A stretch of 22,583 nt of DNA, from assembly GCA_965648915.1 (NCBI GenBank), contig CBFGIV010000037.1, positions 1-22,583 on the forward strand. The letters run 5' to 3'. Under the pieces are notes generated by a model. The model saw only the letters and a program-made list of their open reading frames with translations, was not told the origin of the DNA and did no database searches. Of this stretch, positions 15,801 to 22,583 are shown in pieces. Position 1 is the first letter of the stretch, and each line of letters opens with the position of its first letter. The stretch is from a candidate division WOR-3 bacterium. GTDB lineage: Bacteria; Hydrothermota; Tepidihabitantia; SM23-42; CAYGYG01. The position numbers and the translations under genes were made by a program.

Positions 15801-18619
15801 TATCCTTCTATGTTTGCGGTAGAGGTTATGCAGGCTGGCAAATGCGTGATGACGACATAATTGAACTTGTTCCTGATAAGAATATATATCATATTGGAGA
15901 TACTGCGAAGATTATGGTCAAGTCGCCTTATGATTCGGCCAGTGCCTTGATTACGGTTGAACGGGAATTGATCTTGAGAAAATACACCAAGCGATTGATA
16001 GGCAATGCGGATTATGTTGAAATCCCGATTGAGAAGAATGACTTACCCAATATTTATGTCAGCGTTATCCTGATCCGGGGCCGGGTTGGAGGTCAGGGCT
16101 GGGATGAGGAGAAAGAGATTGACCTTGGCAAACCGCAGTTCAAGATTGGCTATGTCAATCTCAATATTGATAAGAAAGAGAAACATCTGGTGGTCAAGGC
16201 CGGTGCCGACAGAAAAGAGTATCGGCCCCGGGATGATGTCCGGGTTGATTTTGAGGTGAGAGACTTTAAGGGAAATCCAGTTGCCAATTGTGATGTTGCT
16301 TTGTTTGTTGTCGATGTCGGGGTGTTAAATCTTATCGATTTTCAGACCCCTGACCCCTTCAGTTACTTTTATGGTCCAAGGCCGCTTTCAGTCCGAACGG
16401 TCGAGTCGCGGCTGAATATCATCGGCCAGAGAAATTACGGTGAGAAAGGCGAAGAACGTGGTGGTGGTGGTGCCCGGGCTGAAGCAGTGCTGGAACGAGC
16501 AGGGATTCCCTACCGGCAGAAGTTTGTCTCTACGGTCTTTTACAAAGGTGACCTGATGACCGATGGCGAGGGTAAAGGGACCGTCAGTTTTACACTCCCC
16601 GACAATCTGACCAGATTCAGGATTATGGTCGTTGCCCAGACCAAGAATAGTGAATTCGGTTCAGCCGAATCGACCTTTGTGGTTAATCTCCCATTTATTG
16701 TCTCGCCGTCATTACCGAGGTTTGCCCGGGTTGGAGATAGATTCCAGGCAGGTGTTGTATTGCATAATCGCACCGATAAACAACATCGGGCTGAAGTTGA
16801 GTGCTTGATCGAAGGGCTGACGCTCAATGGTCCAAACCAGAAGGATCTCTTACTCTTACCCAATTCGAGTCAACAGGTTCTCTTTGACTTTACCGCCGAT
16901 AAAATCGGCACTGCAACATTTAATTTTAACGCCCGTATGGGTAAAGAGCAAGATGCACTTAAACTTTCGATTCCGATAAAGAATCCACCTTTTGTCGAGG
17001 CAGTCGCCACATTCTCATCAACCACCGATTCCGCCCTCGAAGGGCTAATTGTGCCATCCAATATCTATGAAAATCTCGGTTCCCTCGAGGTGTTACTCTC
17101 TTCAACGGTCCTGGCCGGAATGAAGCGAGGGATCGAACACCTTCTCGACTATCCTTATGGTTGCCTGGAACAGCGGATATCAAGAATTCTGCCCCTGATT
17201 GTGGGTGAAGAGATTATCAATCAATTCAAACTGGCACCGGTCACCGGTAAGGCATTACGCGATTCGGTCCAGAGAGTCCTTGAAGAGATCCCCGAGTATC
17301 AACTCAGTGATGGTGGTTTTGTCTACTTTAAGGGTGGTATCCATCCCTGTGCTTATCTTTCCGCATATACTCTTTATGTATTAAAACGGGCGCAGGATGC
17401 AGGTTATTATGTTGATGCAGATGTTGTGGAGCGTGGTCTCAAATTTTTGAGCAATGTCCTGCGCTGGGGTGATTCGGATTGGTCTTACCCTTATAATGAA
17501 GATGCTCGATTAACGACCAGAGCATTCTGCGTCTATGCGCTCAGTCTCTGGGGGAGAAATGAAGGTGGCTATGCATCTCGACTTTTCGAAAAGCGACAGC
17601 AAATTCCAATTTTTGGTAAAGCGCTGCTCCTCAAAGCCGGCCGGAAGATCGGTATGGGTGGACAATTTGAAAATGAACTGGCAAGGATCATTATCAATAA
17701 GATAAAGAAGACGCCGACCTCAGCCCATTTTGAAGAGTCTGAGGATCGGGGCTGGACCTTCCCATCGCCGGCCAAGGTCACAGCTTTTGTCATCCAGGCC
17801 TTTACTGAACTTGATATCGAATTTCCATACAAGGACGAGGTCATCAGGTGGCTGGTGCAAGAAAGGAGTAAGAAGTCCCGACCAACCACCCATGAAAATG
17901 CCTTTGTCTTCGATGCGTTTCAGACTTATTATAAAAAATATGAGCAGGAAGAGCCGGATTTTGTTGCTCGAATCATTCTGGGTGAAAAAGAGATTTTGAA
18001 AGAGGCCTTCCGCGGAAGAACGAATGAGCCTCCGAGAAGATCGGCATTTAGTCTGGCTGAGATCCCAAGCGATACCCTATTGCCCTTGAGGATCTATAAA
18101 TCGGGGACCGGCCGTCTCTACTACACGCTACGGATGTTCTATGCCTACAGGGTTAATCCGATTGCCTTTGATGAGGGATTTTATCTCTATAAAGAGATTA
18201 TGACCCTCGAAGGCAAAACAGTCGAACGTTATGAACGCGGCAAGATCTATAAAGTGATTATGCATATTGTTGTCCCCGAGACCAGGCTCTTTGCCGTAGT
18301 TGAGGACCCTCTACCTGCCGGTTTTGAACCGGTTCAGACCTATTTTGCCACCGAGGCGACAAGAGTCAGCGAACAGTATTGGGAAGATCAATGGAAGGAG
18401 ACTGGTCACTGGTGGGGTTCTTTCGACCATAAAGAATTCTACGATGATAAGATTCTGCTCTTTGCCCAGGAACTATTTCCGGGAGAGCACACGCAGATCT
18501 ACTATATAAGGGCAGGAACGAGTGGTGAATTTCTGGCGCCATCGGCCAAAGCCGAAGAGATGTATTCACCCGAGGTCTTCGGTTCGACGAACCAGGGGTT
18601 GGTCAACATAGTGGAGTAG
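12884..18619 (+). CDS. Bacterial alpha-2-macroglobulin (YfhM-like lipoprotein protease inhibitor)
   Basis: Lipobox LISC at residue 18; N-terminal Ig-like domains; MG2 motif LFTEKGLYKSGETV; bait-like region GEKGEERGGGGAR; LPDNLTRFRIM; intact thioester motif YPYGCLEQ; C-terminal VEDPLPAGFE and AEEMYSPEVFG. Confidence 0.95.
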   Translation: MKKILLCFIIVITGLISCRKSVKKIDITTQKILAGEKIPLRVTHISPVGSVEGRMETFKILIGFNQAMTALQAIPRDETDGPIEFKPKIKGKYRWLGARTLSFIPAETLKPATLFRAKLNKNKIQSLTGMRLERDTSWTFETVRPYLNTSIPYHNAEFINTRANIYLYFNLEMQPRRVRDRIKIYAHYGKPSNVWCGPKKPSSPEHREEIKFKIRNLSDKEKKDWPLKEWENKKVLVLTPKKPFPQEAEIEVQLKEGLLAREGDLGLAEDRSVTFRTFNFLTLIDHSEKIPAGRPIKFCFSNAVNIEELVKNMGITPPVKIPEEYLSQDYGYTEVYLYLPFKPNSSYRITINKNLKDQYGNRLDKDYDLTLEVGDYLPYADIPTGINVVEGKGDLRLPATFCNVDEVHLQLGTVNINEAIPFLNSPDIFNPYKKYVRPGFFRINRPWRTGTFTKYRNRRIRLPIELKEVLGGKQSGLVFVQFDNLGANQWNPDYRYLKSFLITGDLGITWKYSPENNLVWVTSLANTRPVSDVTIQLRDDNNRILFTGTTDMNGLCELPGWASALIEEKQTYEYESEYEMESYTERYEPKFWITAVKNGEEAVYSNRWHFGIDPWRFDISYNWEPRSEEYGADLFTEKGLYKSGETVYIKGIIRKKRRGEWILPDLSSVKFIVKNSRGIEIINKTVRVNSFGAFVEEISLPVDAPTGLYSVYAILPGKDYTFNTTFNVEAFRPAEFEVKVKAEKDTFLADEIFKGTVVGRYLFGMGMKEADVEWNLRKSNYYPDYPQYSGYTIGQYYFEDYGREILGSGRGRLDVSGELKVEVRLPAQDIKVPALLTLEGSVTAPNRVTLSGRQNWILFPSHLLIGLKTASYLYKIDEPIEINLITIRPSGEKTSGQKVDIRIVKEEWKSIKKAMLGGRYEWVSELIKKEIKKEQVISRPDSTLVRFIPDEPGYYNVHAETRDEKNRLSVCQISFYVCGRGYAGWQMRDDDIIELVPDKNIYHIGDTAKIMVKSPYDSASALITVERELILRKYTKRLIGNADYVEIPIEKNDLPNIYVSVILIRGRVGGQGWDEEKEIDLGKPQFKIGYVNLNIDKKEKHLVVKAGADRKEYRPRDDVRVDFEVRDFKGNPVANCDVALFVVDVGVLNLIDFQTPDPFSYFYGPRPLSVRTVESRLNIIGQRNYGEKGEERGGGGARAEAVLERAGIPYRQKFVSTVFYKGDLMTDGEGKGTVSFTLPDNLTRFRIMVVAQTKNSEFGSAESTFVVNLPFIVSPSLPRFARVGDRFQAGVVLHNRTDKQHRAEVECLIEGLTLNGPNQKDLLLLPNSSQQVLFDFTADKIGTATFNFNARMGKEQDALKLSIPIKNPPFVEAVATFSSTTDSALEGLIVPSNIYENLGSLEVLLSSTVLAGMKRGIEHLLDYPYGCLEQRISRILPLIVGEEIINQFKLAPVTGKALRDSVQRVLEEIPEYQLSDGGFVYFKGGIHPCAYLSAYTLYVLKRAQDAGYYVDADVVERGLKFLSNVLRWGDSDWSYPYNEDARLTTRAFCVYALSLWGRNEGGYASRLFEKRQQIPIFGKALLLKAGRKIGMGGQFENELARIIINKIKKTPTSAHFEESEDRGWTFPSPAKVTAFVIQAFTELDIEFPYKDEVIRWLVQERSKKSRPTTHENAFVFDAFQTYYKKYEQEEPDFVARIILGEKEILKEAFRGRTNEPPRRSAFSLAEIPSDTLLPLRIYKSGTGRLYYTLRMFYAYRVNPIAFDEGFYLYKEIMTLEGKTVERYERGKIYKVIMHIVVPETRLFAVVEDPLPAGFEPVQTYFATEATRVSEQYWEDQWKETGHWWGSFDHKEFYDDKILLFAQELFPGEHTQIYYIRAGTSGEFLAPSAKAEEMYSPEVFGSTNQGLVNIVE

Positions 18620-18632
18620 CAGAAGATTTTTT

Positions 18633-19817
18633 ATGATAAATTCCGAAGAAAGGAAAAGAACCATCCACATCTTCGCCCTGGCGTCATTTCTGAACGATTT
18701 TGGGTCAGATATAATCTATCCGATCTGGCCACTCTTTGTCCGCGAATTTCTCGGTGCCAATATGATGGTGCTCGGTTTTATCGATGGTCTGGGCGACGCC
18801 ATCGTTTCGATCTCCCAGGCGATTTCGGGATATATCTCAGACCGCATCAGAAGGCGGAAGGTCTTTATCTGGACCGGTTATACTTTAGGTGTGGTTTCGA
18901 GAATTGGTTATGCAGTAAGTTCGGTCTGGCCACATCTTATACCATTTCGCATTATGGATCGGGCGGGCAAAATCAGGAGTGCACCCCGGGATGCGATAAT
19001 CGCTGATCTCTCTTCAGACCAGGACCGGGGCAAAAATTTCGGCCTTTTGCGGGCGATGGACAATCTTGGTGCGGTTTGTGGTATAATTTTCTGTATCCTG
19101 ATGTTTCGGTCCTTAGGATATAGAAACCTATTTCTTATTGCCGCGCTCCCAACAGTCATAGGGATCATCCTGATTCTCAGTTCTATCCACGAAAGTAAGC
19201 CGGCGGAAGGTAAGATCTATAAAGGGATCCGGTTCTCAGCCTTAAGTTATAATTTCAGGATTTTTCTAATTCTGAGTGCGATTTTTGCGCTCGGTGCTTT
19301 CAGTTATTCTTTTCTTCTGATATATGCTAAAGAGTTTGGCTTTCAGCGATTTACCCTGCCGATTTTGTATCTCATCTTCACTGCCATCGCATCAATCTTT
19401 TCGATACCGATGGGGAGATTTTCAGATCGAATTGGACGGAAATCAGTCATATTCCTTGCCTATCTATTGTGGGTGCTTGTGTGCCTATGTCTTATTATCG
19501 CCCACAAAGTTATTTTGGTTATCATCGCTTTTATTTTTTATGGCCTGCACCGGGCAGCACTGGAACCGGTCCAGAGAAGTTTTATTGCTGAACTCACACC
19601 GATTGAATATCGGGCCTCGGGTCTGGGTGGATTTCAAATGGTTATCGGACTCTGTGCTTTACCCGCATCATTTATTGCCGGGATACTCTGGGATAGAATT
19701 AACCTTTATGCCCCGCTCTATTTCTCCATCGGTTTGACGGTAATTTCGAGTTTACTCCTCATCCTGGTTAAGAGAGAGCCGTCCCGGAATATGGTCGACA
19801 GGAGATCAGGAAAATAA
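18633..19817 (+). CDS. Major facilitator superfamily transporter
   Basis: About 12 TM; motif A GYISDRIRRRK and GRFSDRIGRK; SFLNDFGSDII and RIMDRAGKIRSAPRDAII subfamily motifs. Confidence 0.92.
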   Translation: MINSEERKRTIHIFALASFLNDFGSDIIYPIWPLFVREFLGANMMVLGFIDGLGDAIVSISQAISGYISDRIRRRKVFIWTGYTLGVVSRIGYAVSSVWPHLIPFRIMDRAGKIRSAPRDAIIADLSSDQDRGKNFGLLRAMDNLGAVCGIIFCILMFRSLGYRNLFLIAALPTVIGIILILSSIHESKPAEGKIYKGIRFSALSYNFRIFLILSAIFALGAFSYSFLLIYAKEFGFQRFTLPILYLIFTAIASIFSIPMGRFSDRIGRKSVIFLAYLLWVLVCLCLIIAHKVILVIIAFIFYGLHRAALEPVQRSFIAELTPIEYRASGLGGFQMVIGLCALPASFIAGILWDRINLYAPLYFSIGLTVISSLLLILVKREPSRNMVDRRSGK

Positions 19818-19824
19818 ATAATCT

Positions 19825-22050
19825 ATGATCAGATTGCCTCAGCCCGGACCGAAATTTCGTATCGGATATCTTTTGCTTTTGATATCTCTTGCAATCGTTA
19901 TTTTCTTTTTTGTCCCTCCGGCCGAGAATAGTCTCTATCCCCGGTTTTCTTCGATCAATATTTATGATCGAAGAGGGAAGCCCCTGCGCACAATTTTGTC
20001 TAAAGATTATAAGACCAGTCAATGGGTAAAGATTAAAGAGATGTCACCCCATATTATCACTGCAACAATTCTGGAGGAGGATAAGCGTTTCTTTTACCAC
20101 CCTGGGGTCGATCCGCTTGCGCTACTACGTGCCTTTTATGAAAATATAAAATATGGTAGGATTGTCTCGGGTGGTTCGACTATTACAATGCAGGTTGTCA
20201 AGGTAGCAATGGGTTTAAGAAGGAAGAGCATCTGGTCAAAATTTATTGAAATCTTATTCTCAATCAAACTTGAGCTCCATTTAAGCAAGAGTGAGATTCT
20301 TGAGATCTACCTTAATCGTATGCCCTATGGTAATCAAACTTACGGTATTGAGGCGGCGGCAAATTTCTATTTTCGGAAACCGGCCCGGGATCTTTCCCTC
20401 GGCGAAGCCTGCATTCTTGCATCGATTCCAAAGTCCCCCTCGCTCCTTAATCCCTATATAAATCCTGAAGCCTGCTTGAGAAATAAGGAAAAAATTTTAG
20501 ACTGCCTGTTGCAGAATCGAAAGATTGATACCCTGTCGTATCTCTGTGCCCGGGCTGAATCCTTAAACATCTTGCCCCGGCCATTCAATTTTGATGCCCC
20601 ACATTTTATCGATTATATTTTAACCGAGGTTGAAAGATCTCCGTTGAGAAACTCTTCAAATCTTTATACCAGCCTCGATCTTTATCTCCAGCAGGATCTG
20701 GAGAAACTGCTTGCCACAACTTTAAATTCTTTACAATCTTACAATGTCAACCAGGGGGCAATCATAGTGATGGATGTTAATACCGGTGAAGTGCTGGCGA
20801 TGGTCGGTTCGCGTTCATATTTTGATGAGCGTGGAGGTCAGGTTAACGGCTGTCTTGCCCTGCGTCAGCCCGGATCGGCGATCAAACCATTTCTCTATAT
20901 CCTGGGCTTAGAATCAGGATTTCCCGCAAGTTTTGTCTTACCGGATACCATTCTTGAATTCCGCCTCGATGATGGAACTTTTTTTGCACCGAGGAACTAC
21001 GGAGATCGCTATCATGGTCCGACCCGACTGCGGGAGGCACTGGCATCATCCTTCAATGTGCCTACGGTCTATCTTTTAAATATCCTCGGGGTGCAACGCT
21101 TTTACAATCTTTTAAGGGATTTAAACCTTTGTGACCCTTCGCAGGAACCGGGTTTTTATGGACTCGCCCTTGGCCTGGGAGCGGCTGAAGTCAACCTCCT
21201 GCAACTGACCAATGCCTATCGTGCCATCTTTAATCAAGGTCTCTGGCAGGCACCGAGGATTCTGCTCACCTTTGACGATTCATTGCTTCAAAAACCTAAA
21301 AGAGTCTTTTCTCCTGATGCGGCAGCAATCGTTACGAACATTCTGGCGGATAATGCGAGTCGGGTCAAGGCGTTCGGTGAGGATAATCCACTGAATCTAC
21401 CATTTCCCTGTGCAGCCAAGACCGGCACTTCAAAAAACTTCCGGGACAACTGGTGCGTTGGATTCACAAGCCGATATTGTGTTGGTGTCTGGGTTGGCAA
21501 TTTTGATGGCTCACCAATGGAGGGAGTTTCCGGGATCTCGGGTGCGGCCACAATCTTCCGGGATATTATGCTTGAACTGCACCGTAACGACCCCCCCCGG
21601 TCATTCGTTATGAGTCCGTCTTTGGTAAATCAGAAGGTCTGTGCTCGATCGGGTCTCTGCCCGGGGTCAGAATGTTCAAATATTATTGATGAATTTTTTA
21701 TAAAGGGAACGCAACCAGATGAAACATGTCATCTGTGTGTCCATCAGGATCAGTATCGACATCAACTTGAGATATTATCTTCAACAAAGGGTAAACCATT
21801 GGAGATTCTCAGCCCGGCCGATGGCTCGAAATTTTTCCTCGATCCCCAGATTTCTAACTCTTCCCAGGCCCTGATCTTTCGGGTAAAGGCCAGGGAGCCG
21901 ATTGCCGCGATCACATTTAAACTGAACAATAAAATTTTTGTCCGGATGGGTCCTCCCTTCGAATATCTCTGGAGGCCGGTTCCCGGTAAATACCATCTTG
22001 AGGTGAGTGCTTCAGGGCTGGTCGATTCGGTCGACTTCTGGGTCTATTAA
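19825..22050 (+). CDS. pbpC: Penicillin-binding protein 1C
   Basis: Transglycosylase motifs EDKRFFYHPGVD, SGGSTITMQ and YLNRMPYG; transpeptidase motifs SAIK, SFN and KTGT; C-terminal BiPBP_C-like domain; downstream of A2M. Confidence 0.93.
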   Translation: MIRLPQPGPKFRIGYLLLLISLAIVIFFFVPPAENSLYPRFSSINIYDRRGKPLRTILSKDYKTSQWVKIKEMSPHIITATILEEDKRFFYHPGVDPLALLRAFYENIKYGRIVSGGSTITMQVVKVAMGLRRKSIWSKFIEILFSIKLELHLSKSEILEIYLNRMPYGNQTYGIEAAANFYFRKPARDLSLGEACILASIPKSPSLLNPYINPEACLRNKEKILDCLLQNRKIDTLSYLCARAESLNILPRPFNFDAPHFIDYILTEVERSPLRNSSNLYTSLDLYLQQDLEKLLATTLNSLQSYNVNQGAIIVMDVNTGEVLAMVGSRSYFDERGGQVNGCLALRQPGSAIKPFLYILGLESGFPASFVLPDTILEFRLDDGTFFAPRNYGDRYHGPTRLREALASSFNVPTVYLLNILGVQRFYNLLRDLNLCDPSQEPGFYGLALGLGAAEVNLLQLTNAYRAIFNQGLWQAPRILLTFDDSLLQKPKRVFSPDAAAIVTNILADNASRVKAFGEDNPLNLPFPCAAKTGTSKNFRDNWCVGFTSRYCVGVWVGNFDGSPMEGVSGISGAATIFRDIMLELHRNDPPRSFVMSPSLVNQKVCARSGLCPGSECSNIIDEFFIKGTQPDETCHLCVHQDQYRHQLEILSSTKGKPLEILSPADGSKFFLDPQISNSSQALIFRVKAREPIAAITFKLNNKIFVRMGPPFEYLWRPVPGKYHLEVSASGLVDSVDFWVY

Positions 22051-22201
22051 AACCCCACCTGGATCAATTTGCAGCAATGCCGAATGAATTTTTTTCTCAC
22101 CTTTAGTTTTTAATTTTAGTTTAAGAAATCAATGGTTTTGATTATTCAATAGACCTTTATTAACCATCCCCAAAGTTATTTTTTCTCACTTAACTTTTTG
22201 C

Positions 22202-22239
22202 TTGACAATCTGGATATTATAAATATAATTATATCCAGA
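22202..22239 (+). promoter_or_regulatory. Consensus promoter overlapped by an inverted repeat (operator-like)
   Basis: TTGACA(22202-22207)-16 nt-TATAAT(22224-22229); TCTGGATAT(22209-22217) and ATATCCAGA(22231-22239) are perfect reverse complements. Confidence 0.7.
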
Positions 22240-22250
22240 AGGAGGTAAAG

Positions 22251-22583
22251 ATGACTTTAAGTCAATGCCGGTTACGATTAAGGCAGCTTATTGGTGAGCA
22301 GGTGAAGTTATTGGCGGTTTTACTGGGGCGGAAACGATTGATCAAGGGGGGTGTATATCAAAGTAAGAGTCGTTGTGGTAAGCCGAATTGTCGGTGTGTT
22401 CGGGAAGGGGTCTTGCATTTAGTCTGGCGGCTTTATTGGACTGAGGGTGGTAAGACCAGGGTGAAGGCTTTAAGGCAATCGGTGGTATACGATTATCAAA
22501 GGCTGACGGCTAATTATCAGAGGTTTCGCAAAGCGCGGGCCCGGCTGGTGAAAATCCATCGAGAGATGATTGGTTTAATAAAT
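22251..22583 (+). CDS. DUF6788-like basic Cys/His protein (transposase-associated), 3'-truncated; absent from the ORF track
   Basis: AAGGAGG RBS. Open to the window end: MTLSQCRLRLRQLIGEQVKLLAVLLGRKRLIKGGVYQSKSRCGKPNCRCVREGVLHLVWRLYWTEGGKTRVKALRQSVVYDYQRLTANYQRFRKARARLVKIHREMIGLIN. Carries the RCGKPNCRC...H...GKT signature. Confidence 0.75.
   Translation, partial: MTLSQCRLRLRQLIGEQVKLLAVLLGRKRLIKGGVYQSKSRCGKPNCRCVREGVLHLVWRLYWTEGGKTRVKALRQSVVYDYQRLTANYQRFRKARARLVKIHREMIGLIN

Noticed and set aside
21636..21745. Cys cluster in the PbpC C-terminus as a novel metal-binding domain
   Set aside because: Similar C..SG...C motifs are common in PBP1C/PBP1A C-terminal regions.
537..21996. Short alternative-frame and antisense ORFs in the track (e.g. 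590..892, 7618..7971, 8910..9347, 13916..14326, 19324..19737)
   Set aside because: They lie within well-supported genes and show no recognisable motifs; they are shadow ORFs.
1..22583. CRISPR array, tRNA or rRNA
   Set aside because: No regularly spaced direct repeats, cloverleaf with a T-loop motif, or rRNA-like segment seen by eye.

Overview
Bacterial chromosomal window. The lineage is probably FCB-associated, for example candidate division WOR-3; this is an inference from the T9SS/FlgD-like C-terminal sorting domains and gene content. Gene order: 5'-truncated secreted protein; rqcH(NFACT) and nfo; beta-helix secreted protein; GT-C-like membrane protein; a complete IS110-family (IS1111-type) element; EamA transporter; CBM9/DUF5916 protein; DedA/VTT protein; alpha-2-macroglobulin, MFS and pbpC; and a 3'-truncated DUF6788-like ORF that probably opens another IS. 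The highlight is the IS at 7250-8552, whose RNA-guided logic can be read directly from the sequence. It has 19-bp subterminal inverted repeats, a TCA core at both junctions, and a reconstructable palindromic target. It also encodes a compact (~110 nt) bridge/seekRNA whose four guide segments match this insertion's target and the circle junction. The target-binding loop overlaps the last codons and stop codon of the recombinase, back-to-back promoters (one antisense to the RNA) sit in the right end, and the fourth DEDD residue is Ser. Eight near-consensus sigma70 promoters in the window share a 16-bp spacer.
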